Shown here: piece by piece, positions 1-8,159 of the stretch
Numbering within the stretch: position 1 is the stretch's first letter
Layout of the letters: every line of letters begins with the position of its first letter
IMG/VR virus record: IMGVR_UViG_3300047172_000194
DNA length: 64,000 nucleotides
Direction: 5' to 3' (one strand)
Source: an uncultured virus (IMG/VR IMGVR_UViG_3300047172_000194)
Lineage: Duplodnaviria; Heunggongvirae; Uroviricota; Caudoviricetes
The notes under the pieces: generated by a model
Database searches by the model: none
Seen by the model: only the letters and a program-made list of their open reading frames with translations
What the model was told of the DNA's origin: nothing
Position numbers and translations under genes: made by a program

Positions 1-57
1 AGGCCGGGGTGGCTCCCTTGACCGGCAGGCGGCGCTTCGCTACGCAGCGCACCCGCT

Positions 58-133
58 GTCCCGTTCGTCTAGAGGCCCAGGACCCCAGCCTTTCACGTTG
101 GTAACACGGGTTCGAATCCCGTACGGGGCACCA
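58..133 (+). tRNA. tRNA-Glu (TTC), prophage integration target
   Basis: Cloverleaf GTCCCGT...TTCGAATCCCGTACGGGGCACCA; anticodon TTC at 92-94; encoded CCA; closely resembles canonical bacterial tRNA-Glu. Confidence 0.96.
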
Positions 134-195
134 TTGATTTTATTAGGTTTTTTGGGGGTTTTGAGGCCCCATTTTACATTTTACAATCTTTTTAC
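134..195. other. AT-rich att arm region with TTTTAC repeats (putative integrase arm sites)
   Basis: ttttacattttacaatctttttac directly between tRNA end and integrase stop. Confidence 0.45.
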
Positions 196-1349
196 TCTTT
201 GCCTCCCGCAGCCCTCCGGCGGGCGCTGCCCACGACACCGGCTTTCGCGGCAGCCTTGCCGGTTATCCCGCTGTAACTGCGGGTGTTTGCCCCTTCCAAA
301 GCGGCCGAGATGACAGGCGCGAAGATACCCTCGACCATCTCACCGGCCTCCGCAGCGAAGGCCTCGTCGTCGATTCCACGGAGGTAGATGCGCAGGTTCC
401 GCTCGGTCGTGTGCCCCGTCATCGCCATGAGCACTTGCAGGGAAGCCCCCTGTTGGCGGGCGGCGGACGGGCCGGTGGATCGCAAACCGTGGAGGGTGTA
501 GCGGTCGAGCGAGAGCCGGGCCCTCAAGCTCAAGAGGGTTTCCTCCGCGTTCAGTTTCGTCCACGCGACCCCGCGCGGGGTGCATAGCAGCCTCCCGGGC
601 GCCCGCCCGCGCATAGCATCGAAGGCATCCGCGAGTGCGTCGCCGATGCGGAGCTTCATCCACCGCCCGGTCTTCCCCTGCTGGAAACTCCACCTCCGGG
701 TCGCCGGATCATACTGGTCGTCGGCGAGCTGCACGACGTCGCCGATACGCTGGGCCGTCAGTAAGCACACCGTGACCAGAGCACGGAACTCCGGGGTAGC
801 CTCGCGGAGGACCTCCAGCAGGACCTCGGCGGGCCAAGGCCTGTTTTGCGTCGACTGCTCCACGCCCAGCTTCTTCACGATCCGCCACGGGTTGCGAAAC
901 GGCGGCAGCTCCTTCTCGTGGTTCTCGACATACGAGTCGGTGACCGAAGCCATGAGCCCCCTGATGCGGTTCCACCTGTGAGCGTCGTCGGAAAGCCGTG
1001 AGCGCAGGGCTTTCGCCCAGACGATGTCGACGGACAGGAGGGACACGTCGCCCGCCTTCTCCTGCAGCTCGTTCAGGTAGATATTGTATTGGCGCTGGGT
1101 GGACTTGGACTTGTCCGACATCTCAGACGCCTTCCATTCGGAGATCGCCGCCCCTACGGTGTGCCTGCCGAACGCCAAGGCCTTGCCCTCGAACTCGGCG
1201 TGGATTCGGTCGTAGTCTGCGAGGAAGGCGGCAGACCATTCGGGACCGCTCAGCTTCTGCTGGCGCCCCTCGCGACGGTAGTAGAGATACGTCTTCCCTC
1301 CGGGGGCTTTCACCGCCTGCACGAAGTCGCGCCGCTTGATCTCGGTCAC
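192..1349 (-). CDS. int: Tyrosine integrase
   Basis: Catalytic motifs TAQRIGD, QQGKTG, TLHGLR, MTGH, IYL; adjacent to tRNA. Confidence 0.93.
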   Translation of the reverse strand: MTEIKRRDFVQAVKAPGGKTYLYYRREGRQQKLSGPEWSAAFLADYDRIHAEFEGKALAFGRHTVGAAISEWKASEMSDKSKSTQRQYNIYLNELQEKAGDVSLLSVDIVWAKALRSRLSDDAHRWNRIRGLMASVTDSYVENHEKELPPFRNPWRIVKKLGVEQSTQNRPWPAEVLLEVLREATPEFRALVTVCLLTAQRIGDVVQLADDQYDPATRRWSFQQGKTGRWMKLRIGDALADAFDAMRGRAPGRLLCTPRGVAWTKLNAEETLLSLRARLSLDRYTLHGLRSTGPSAARQQGASLQVLMAMTGHTTERNLRIYLRGIDDEAFAAEAGEMVEGIFAPVISAALEGANTRSYSGITGKAAAKAGVVGSARRRAAGGKE

Positions 1350-1660
1350 TGGCGCGTCCTCCGCTTCGTCGGCTTGCCCGGCGCGCCCGGCTTGCCCCAG
1401 CCGTCCAGGGCGGCGAGTGCCAGATCACGCTGGCGCTCCATCGCCTGCTCGGCGGCATCCAGCTTCCACAGGCGGCGCAGGTGACCGGCGACTTCGTCGC
1501 GGTGCCACCGCTCCAGCCCGCCCAGCTCGCGGGCGGCTGGGATGTGTCCCTTGCTGACGAGGCGCCGGAGCCCGGGCTTCGTGACGTTCAGCATGGACGC
1601 CAGGGTGCGGTCGTCCATGAGCAGGGGCCAAGCGGCCCCGGTATCGGCGGGAAGGTCCAT
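1346..1660 (-). CDS. Excisionase / AlpA-like HTH protein
   Basis: LASMLNVTKPGLRRLVSKGHIPAARELGGLERW motif; overlaps integrase start; GGAGGG RBS upstream of ATG at 1660. Confidence 0.75.
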   Translation of the reverse strand: MDLPADTGAAWPLLMDDRTLASMLNVTKPGLRRLVSKGHIPAARELGGLERWHRDEVAGHLRRLWKLDAAEQAMERQRDLALAALDGWGKPGAPGKPTKRRTRQ

Positions 1661-1791
1661 GTGGCCCTCCAAGTCGGCCGCCTCCCGCCAGGGCAAGCCG
1701 TTTTTCTTGACGATGGCAAAAGCGCCCCCGCCTCCAAGGAAAAGGGTCGCCCCGGTTTTACAGGTCGTCAACGGATTTTTACACGCTTCCG

Positions 1792-2538
1792 TCATACCGC
1801 CGTCCACCGCGCGACGATGCGACCCAAGACAATCACCGCCTTCTCGTCCACTTCCTCGGTTCGGCTTCCGTGGTGCACCGTGATACGCCCCGGCTTTCCT
1901 GCCGACCGCCGCACGTGACCCACGTAGGACAGGTGGCCGTCGGACAGGATGTAGATCCCTGGCGGGGACGGCTCGACATGGGAGAGGTCCGCGAGCAGCC
2001 GGTCGCCGGGCAGGAGGTCGCCCGGGAGCGAGCCCGGGGGCGCCACGAACATGCGCAGCCGTTCAGGTGCCCGGTTGCCGACGGCCTCCGAAGGGATGGA
2101 CCACTCGGCGGCGACGTCGCCGTCGGAAAGGTCCGCCGATGCGGAGGGCGCCATCTCGGGCACGGAGACCGACTTCGCCAGCTGCACCGCGACGTAGGAC
2201 GGCGGCGGTTCCCCGCCGTAGAGCGCGGACAGCGGCACGCCCAACACGTCGGCGAGGGCCTGGAGCGTCCGCGCCCGCGGCGACGTGCTCCGGCCAGTGA
2301 TTATGTTCCGCGCGGTGTCCAGGCTGACATCCGCACGGCGGCTGAGCTCGCGCCCGCTGATGCCTCGCTCTCTTATGAGCGCCGCCAGGTTCTTCGCTAG
2401 CCGCTTGTCCTCCTCGGTCGCGGGCCCGTCGGGACGCCGCTGCTTCCTGGGTGGCTTCGCGGGCGCCGGGCTTTCCTTCGCCGCGCCGCGGCCCGCGAGA
2501 AGGGCATTGACGTCGGGCCGTTTTCTGCGCGGGGCCAT
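1792..2538 (-). CDS. CI-like repressor (XRE HTH plus degenerate S24-like C-terminal domain)
   Basis: HTH GISGRELSRRADVSLDTARNIITGRS; C-terminal GDRLLAD..PSPPGIY..VLGRIV. Confidence 0.85.
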   Translation of the reverse strand: MAPRRKRPDVNALLAGRGAAKESPAPAKPPRKQRRPDGPATEEDKRLAKNLAALIRERGISGRELSRRADVSLDTARNIITGRSTSPRARTLQALADVLGVPLSALYGGEPPPSYVAVQLAKSVSVPEMAPSASADLSDGDVAAEWSIPSEAVGNRAPERLRMFVAPPGSLPGDLLPGDRLLADLSHVEPSPPGIYILSDGHLSYVGHVRRSAGKPGRITVHHGSRTEEVDEKAVIVLGRIVARWTAV

Positions 2539-2589
2539 GCCGGAATCCTTGTGATCTGCATTCCCCCGCCATCAGGATGGGGTGACGGT

Positions 2590-2614
2590 GCGCTACCACG
2601 GCATGAGGTAGCGC
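2590..2614. promoter_or_regulatory. Putative operator in the divergent switch region
   Basis: Inverted repeat GCGCTACC-N9-GGTAGCGC between repressor and helicase starts. Confidence 0.45.
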
Positions 2615-2638
2615 CGCAAGAAAATATGGGGACGTGCC

Positions 2639-5176
2639 TTGGAGCTGCGCGGTTACCAGTCAGAGGTGATCGACGCCTGCCGGGACGCGTTCCGGGCCGT
2701 CGGCGTGGACGGGAAGTTCGGCTTCCGGAACATGCTCCTGGTGCTGCCGACGGGCGCGGGGAAGTGCCTCGCCAAAGGAACCCCGATCCTCATGTTCGAC
2801 GGCAGCATCAAGCCGGTGGAGGACGTCCGCGTCGGCAACCTGCTCATGGGACCGGACAGCGGGCCACGTGTGGTTTCGTCCCTTGCTCGCGGGCGGGAGG
2901 AGATGTTCCGCGTGACCCCGGTCAAGGGCGATCCATATACAGTCAACCGGTCCCACATCCTGTCCCTGAAGATGACCGGCAGCTCGCGCACGGCTGGTAA
3001 CCCGGACAAGGGCGCCATCGTGAACCTGACCGTGGACGACTACCTGTCCCGCAGCAAGACCTTCAGGCATTGCGCCAAAGGATGGAGGATTGGCGTCGAG
3101 TTCCAGCCCCATTCCGAGGCGCCTGCCATCGACCCTTACTTTCTCGGGTTGTGGCTGGGAGACGGAACCAGTCGCCATGCGACCATAACGACCGGCGACC
3201 AGGAAACGGTCGAGGCCGTTTACGGCTACGCAGAAAGTCTCGGAATGAGGGTGCGGGAGGAAGACAACAGCGGCAACTCGAAGATCTACCACCTCGTTCC
3301 GGCTCGCGGTTTCCAAAAGGGACGGGGCTACAGGTCAAACCCGATCAAGAAGGCCCTACATGGATACGGACTGCTCAGGAATAAGCATGTCCCGCACCGC
3401 TATCTGACGGGCAGCCGGGAAGAGAGGCTCCAAGTCCTTGCGGGCATCATGGATACGGACGGAAGCATGAGCCACAACGGGTTCGACCTTTGCCTGAAGT
3501 CTGAGAGGCTGATAGACGACACCATCTTCCTGGCCCGCTCCCTAGGCTTCGCCGCCTACAAGAGCCCTTGCCGAAGGACATGCTGCAACAACGGTGTTGT
3601 AGGAGACTACTTCCGTTGCGGCATCAATGGGGATGTATCCGAAATCCCGTGCCGTATAGAGAGAAAGCAGGCGGGAAAAAGAGAACAAAAGAAGAACACT
3701 CTGGTTCACGGGATTTCTCTCGAAAGCGTCGGAGAGGGCGACTATTTCGGGTTCACCATCGAGGGGCCGGACCGCTTGTTCTTGCTCGGCGACTTCACAG
3801 TGACGCACAACACAGTATGTTTCGCTGACGTATCATTTAAGGCCGCCGCACACGGCACCCGTGTCCTGGTCCTGGCCCACCGCACCGAGCTGATCAAGCA
3901 GGCCAGCGCGAAGCTCACCGCCAGGGGCGTGCCGCACGGCGTCATCGCCGACGGCTACCCGCTGACAGACCACGCCGTCCAGGTCGCCTCGGTCCAGACG
4001 CTCGCCCTCAGGCTGCACCACCCGTACGCCCAGGGCTTCGGGCTCATCATCATCGACGAGGCCCACCACGCGGTGGCGCCGCAGTACCTCGCCATCATCG
4101 CGGCCAACCCGCGCGCCCGCGTCCTCGGCGTCACCGCGACGCCGGAGCGCCTCGACGGCCGCGGGCTCGGGCGGGCGAGCGGCGGCCCCTTCGACGGCAT
4201 CGTGGTCGGGCCCAGCGTCGCGTGGCTCCAGGAGAAGGGCTACCTGTGCCGGGCGAAGATCTTCGCGCCCCCGGGCCAGATGACCGGACCCGACCTCAAG
4301 GGCATCGCGAAGAACGCGGGCGACTACGCCAGGGGCAAGCTGGCCGCCGCGATGATGGGCGGTCCGCGCAGCCTGACCGGCGACGCCGTGGACCACTACC
4401 GACGCAGGGCGGACGGCAAGCCCGCCATCGCCTACTGCGTATCGGTGGCCCACGCGAAGGATGTCGCGGAGGCCTTCCGTGCCGCCGGTTACCGGGCCGT
4501 CGCGGTCAGCGGGGACAGCCCGGCGCACGAGCGCGCGGCGGCCATCGGCGGGCTCGAGACCGGCGCGATCCAGGTCCTCTGCGCGGCCGACCTGATCTCC
4601 GAGGGCCTGGATGTCCCCCGGTTGGAATGCGTCATCCTCCTCAGGCCGACCGCCAGCCTGACGCTGTTCCTCCAGCAGGTCGGACGCGCCCTCCGTGTCG
4701 CCGACGGCAAGGACTTCGCGACCATCCTGGACCATGCGGGGAACACCTGGCGGTTCGGCGGCGGCCCGGACATGGAGCGCACGTGGAGCCTGAATGGTCG
4801 CCCCAAGGGCGGGAAGAAGCCGATGGCGCTGAAGCAATGCCCGAACTGCTACTGCATCCATCCTCCCGCGCCCCAGTGCATGGAGTGCGGCCACGAATAC
4901 GCGGCGGAGGCCGTCAAGAAGCCCAAGCGGACGCTCAAGGTCATGGAGGGCGAGCTGGTCGAGTTCGTGCCCGATGATGCCACCCCGGACGCCCGTGCAC
5001 GCATCGAGGCGCGCCGCGCACGCATCGAGGCCATCGAGACCGGGCACGTGTGGCAGCTGCTGGAGCGCGCGAAGAACTACGACGACCTGCTGCTGATCGC
5101 GAAGGTCAAGGGCTACAAGCCCGGGTGGCTCTACCGCGCCGCCCAGGAAAAGGGTTTCCTCAGGAGAGCAGCATGA
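2639..5176 (+). CDS. SF2 (DEAH-box) DNA helicase with C-terminal Zn finger, interrupted by an intein
   Basis: PTGAGK|T, DEAH, TATPERLDG, QQVGR motifs; CPNC..CMEC. Confidence 0.92.
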   Translation: MELRGYQSEVIDACRDAFRAVGVDGKFGFRNMLLVLPTGAGKCLAKGTPILMFDGSIKPVEDVRVGNLLMGPDSGPRVVSSLARGREEMFRVTPVKGDPYTVNRSHILSLKMTGSSRTAGNPDKGAIVNLTVDDYLSRSKTFRHCAKGWRIGVEFQPHSEAPAIDPYFLGLWLGDGTSRHATITTGDQETVEAVYGYAESLGMRVREEDNSGNSKIYHLVPARGFQKGRGYRSNPIKKALHGYGLLRNKHVPHRYLTGSREERLQVLAGIMDTDGSMSHNGFDLCLKSERLIDDTIFLARSLGFAAYKSPCRRTCCNNGVVGDYFRCGINGDVSEIPCRIERKQAGKREQKKNTLVHGISLESVGEGDYFGFTIEGPDRLFLLGDFTVTHNTVCFADVSFKAAAHGTRVLVLAHRTELIKQASAKLTARGVPHGVIADGYPLTDHAVQVASVQTLALRLHHPYAQGFGLIIIDEAHHAVAPQYLAIIAANPRARVLGVTATPERLDGRGLGRASGGPFDGIVVGPSVAWLQEKGYLCRAKIFAPPGQMTGPDLKGIAKNAGDYARGKLAAAMMGGPRSLTGDAVDHYRRRADGKPAIAYCVSVAHAKDVAEAFRAAGYRAVAVSGDSPAHERAAAIGGLETGAIQVLCAADLISEGLDVPRLECVILLRPTASLTLFLQQVGRALRVADGKDFATILDHAGNTWRFGGGPDMERTWSLNGRPKGGKKPMALKQCPNCYCIHPPAPQCMECGHEYAAEAVKKPKRTLKVMEGELVEFVPDDATPDARARIEARRARIEAIETGHVWQLLERAKNYDDLLLIAKVKGYKPGWLYRAAQEKGFLRRAA
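2765..3811 (+). mobile_element. Intein with LAGLIDADG homing endonuclease (349 aa)
   Basis: Starts CLAKGTPILMFDG, ends FLLGDFTVTHN followed by T; LGLWLGDG and LAGIMDTDGS motifs; visibly lower GC. Confidence 0.93.
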
Positions 5177-5535
5177 CCACCGCGACACCTGCCGCCGCGT
5201 GGCACCACCTGCACATCCTGAAGCTCGACGTGAAGACCGGGGCCCGGCGCCTGGGCATCGGCACGTCCGAGTTCTGGTCCCTGGTCGCTCAGCACAAGCT
5301 CGCCCGGGAAGCCCGCTACGACGAGCGTGCGGTGAACGCGCCCGCGGACGACGAGGAGGCCTTGGACCCCGCGAAGAAGGTGGAGGCCGAGAACGTGGCA
5401 TGGCGCGCCCGGCGCCGGGCGCAGCTCAGGGCACAGGGGCTCCAGGACACCGTCATCGACGAACGCATCGGGTTCGCCGGGAGCTGCGACGCCGCCCGAG
5501 GGGCATACGGGAAAAGGCGGCCGAACGAGGACTGA
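5173..5535 (+). CDS. Hypothetical protein
   Basis: ATGA overlap with helicase stop; AGGAG RBS. Confidence 0.6.
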   Translation: MTTATPAAAWHHLHILKLDVKTGARRLGIGTSEFWSLVAQHKLAREARYDERAVNAPADDEEALDPAKKVEAENVAWRARRRAQLRAQGLQDTVIDERIGFAGSCDAARGAYGKRRPNED

Positions 5536-5589
5536 TTTTCGTTCGGTCCAGGCGCGTGCGGGGTTAACCTTGTCGGGGAGGACCTCGGT

Positions 5590-6090
5590 ATGGATCAGGC
5601 GCTCGCGGAACGGGCTTGGTATCTCACCCACTGCGGGCTTCTGGCGCGCGACGTCGCCCGGAAGCTGGATGTTCCCGTGCCCAGAGTATTCGAGTTACTC
5701 GACGCGCATGCCCCGGTCGCCAAGCAGCGTGAGGAGCGACTGGCGAAGGGCGTAGACGGTCTCGTGACACGCAACCGGCCCGGACCTCGAGAACGCGTCG
5801 AACCCGAGAAGCCTCGGTCGCCGATGCCGAGAACACCACCCGGCATCCAAACTCAGGCAATTGCCAACATTGACAACATTGAAGCGTCCGTAGGGGAACT
5901 TGCCCGGGATCCGATCCCCGCGCCAAAGGCGATGGTCACCGTCCCTGTCCCGGTTTCCGTACGCCCCGGCGAGCGCTGGCGCATCGGGCCCAAGGGCGCC
6001 GCGGCGATGGCTGCGAGCCTCGGGGTGCCAGAGGCCGATGTCATCGCGGCGATCAGGGCACACGCGATTTCGGTCACAAAGGGCTTCTGA
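5590..6090 (+). CDS. Hypothetical protein, possible HTH
   Basis: GGAGG RBS; ARDVARKLDVPVPRVFELL. Confidence 0.55.
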   Translation: MDQALAERAWYLTHCGLLARDVARKLDVPVPRVFELLDAHAPVAKQREERLAKGVDGLVTRNRPGPRERVEPEKPRSPMPRTPPGIQTQAIANIDNIEASVGELARDPIPAPKAMVTVPVPVSVRPGERWRIGPKGAAAMAASLGVPEADVIAAIRAHAISVTKGF

Positions 6091-6159
6091 CTTGCATTGG
6101 GTGTCCTTCGCCGCGTGGTAAATTGCCTCATGCAGGCGTTAGACCCGAAGGAGGACGAA

Positions 6160-6564
6160 ATGGACATCAAGCTCGCCAAGCTGGCCTCGGCCGTCATGAC
6201 TTCCCTGCAGGCGACGTCGCACCAGGCGGCGGTCGCCTCGCGGTCTGCCAGGGACCCGCGGGAGATAGCGTCCGCCCTGGTGCTGGCCACGAACGCGCTC
6301 GATGTCGCCGCCCGGCTGATCGAGGCGATCCCCGAGGCCCGCGGGCACGACTACGACCAGAAGCTCACCCTGGTGTGCCGCAGCCTGCGCGAGACGAAGC
6401 TCCGCGTCATGGCCCGCTGGCTCCAGTCCGTGGACGAGGTGAGCGAGCTCGACCATGCGGCTGCCCGCGCGGTGCATGCCGCGGCCGCCCGGGCATGCGC
6501 CACGTGCGACGCGCTGCGCTCAGGTGACGCGCGCGAGCCGGTCCGCAGGACCGCCGGGGCGTGA
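6160..6564 (+). CDS. Hypothetical helical protein coupled to the recombinase
   Basis: GGAGGA RBS; GTGA overlap with next gene. Confidence 0.6.
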   Translation: MDIKLAKLASAVMTSLQATSHQAAVASRSARDPREIASALVLATNALDVAARLIEAIPEARGHDYDQKLTLVCRSLRETKLRVMARWLQSVDEVSELDHAAARAVHAAAARACATCDALRSGDAREPVRRTAGA

Positions 6565-7475
6565 CGTCGCCCGCCGCGCTTGAGGCTTACCGCAGGCGCG
6601 GCGCATGGCTGATGGCGCGCTGCGCCGCGGCGACGGGCAACCCCGAGCCCGGGGCGGACGCGTTCGCCCGGTGGGTGCTGTCCCTGCGCGGCGGCCTGCG
6701 CCCTTCCACGTGGCGCCTCTACCGGCTGTCGGCGGCCTACGCCCTGGAGGGTCACCCCGATCACGGCGCGCCCGCGGCGGCGGACGTCCTCTCCGCACCG
6801 GCGACCGAGCGGGCAAGGCCGCCACGGCGGACCAGCGCGCGGCGGTCCAAGACGGTGCCCCCGGACGACTTCCTCGCCATCCTGCGCGCGCTGGGGGAGA
6901 GCCGGTCATCGTATGCGCAGGTCCTGCGCACGTGGATCATCGCGACCACGTGCGTCGGGCTCCGCCCCTGCGAGTGGGCCACCGCAACGCTGGACGGCAC
7001 TGTCCTGACCGTGCAGTGCGCCAAGTTCGACGAGGGCGAGCGTGGGTTGGACGATACCCGCGACCTGGACCTTGCCGCGCTGCCGCCCGACGACCTCGAC
7101 GCCGTGCGCAGGATGACGCAGCTCGGGCAAGGGTGGCAGGCGGACAGCGAGTTCGCGGCCAAGCACGAGGCGTGCGCCGCCCTGCTCCGGAGGACCTGCG
7201 CCGCCCTGTGGCCGACGCGGCCGCGCCGCCCCACGCTCTACAGCTTCCGGCACGTCTTCGCGAGCAACGCCAAGGCCGCCGTCGGCGAAGCCGAGACATC
7301 GGCGCTCCTCGGGCACGCGGCGACCAGGACGGCGCAGACGCACTACGGCAAGCGGACGCAGGCGTGGAAGCGTGGACGCCCGCCGCTGCCGAAACCGTCG
7401 CCCGCGGCGGTCGCGAAGGTGCGCCGCAACGCGCGCGGAAATCCCTGGGCCACCGGCGGGAACCACCCCCTCTGA
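6561..7475 (+). CDS. Second tyrosine recombinase (no obvious arm-binding domain)
   Basis: GLRPCE, AK, YSFRH, LLGH and THYG motifs in R-K-R-H-Y order. Confidence 0.82.
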   Translation: MTSPAALEAYRRRGAWLMARCAAATGNPEPGADAFARWVLSLRGGLRPSTWRLYRLSAAYALEGHPDHGAPAAADVLSAPATERARPPRRTSARRSKTVPPDDFLAILRALGESRSSYAQVLRTWIIATTCVGLRPCEWATATLDGTVLTVQCAKFDEGERGLDDTRDLDLAALPPDDLDAVRRMTQLGQGWQADSEFAAKHEACAALLRRTCAALWPTRPRRPTLYSFRHVFASNAKAAVGEAETSALLGHAATRTAQTHYGKRTQAWKRGRPPLPKPSPAAVAKVRRNARGNPWATGGNHPL

Positions 7476-7567
7476 GGGTTTCCATCCCCACGTGATACGG
7501 AACCCGGTGTAACGGCAGGCGTGAACCGGGCAACAGGAAAACCGCGTCGTCCTAGGCACCAAAAATG

Positions 7568-7622
7568 CTCCCGCAAATCCCCGGCAAACACCCGGCAATC
7601 TCCCGGCAAACCCCCGTCATTT
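7568..7622. repeat. Five degenerate 11-bp tandem repeats (consensus nCCCGGCAAAC)
   Basis: ctcccgcaaat/ccccggcaaac/acccggcaatc/tcccggcaaac/ccccgtcattt. Confidence 0.75.
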
Positions 7623-7761
7623 TACGGTAAACCGACTCCTCACGTAGCGCGTCCGTTTTGTCAACCTTGCAGTTGCGAGAAGCATATTGGCAAATGCGTT
7701 GACGCTGACTTGCTAGGAGTCCATTCGCCCCGCGTGTCATCCTCTCACGCAGGGGGACGAC

Positions 7762-8154
7762 ATGGCCGAGCGCGACGTTCAAGCGGAAATCCTACTCGCG
7801 CTGGGCAGCCGCCGCGACACGCGGTTGTTCCGCAACCCGGTCGGGACCGGCTGGAGCGGGGAGGTCGTCTCGAACGAGGACGGTCTCGTCGTCCTCAAGC
7901 GTCCCAGGTTCCTGCGCTACGGCCTCATCACCGGTAGCGGCGACCTAATCGGCTGGCACCAGCAGGTCATCACGCAGGCGGACGTCGGCTCGACCTGGGC
8001 GCGCTTCCTCAGCGTCGAGGTCAAGGCCGGGCGCGGGACGGCGTCCGACGAGCAAGGAAAATGGAAGACCCGCGTCAACGGCGCGGGCGGAATCGCGATG
8101 GTCGCACGGAGCCCGGAAGAGGCTCTGGCGGCCCTCAATGACCGGGGGGTCTAA
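7762..8154 (+). CDS. VRR-NUC domain nuclease
   Basis: E..VQ..I, GSGDLIG, SVEVK, EQ..W, GGIAMVARS. Confidence 0.85.
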   Translation: MAERDVQAEILLALGSRRDTRLFRNPVGTGWSGEVVSNEDGLVVLKRPRFLRYGLITGSGDLIGWHQQVITQADVGSTWARFLSVEVKAGRGTASDEQGKWKTRVNGAGGIAMVARSPEEALAALNDRGV

Positions 8155-8159
8155 GTCAC

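Noticed and set aside
98..313. 71-aa ORF overlapping the tRNA
   Set aside because: It overlaps the tRNA and the integrase end and has no RBS; spurious.
6561..7475. Protelomerase with the duplicated palindromes as tos sites
   Set aside because: The protein is short, the palindromes have ~85 bp spacers rather than continuous symmetry, and the element is tRNA-integrated.
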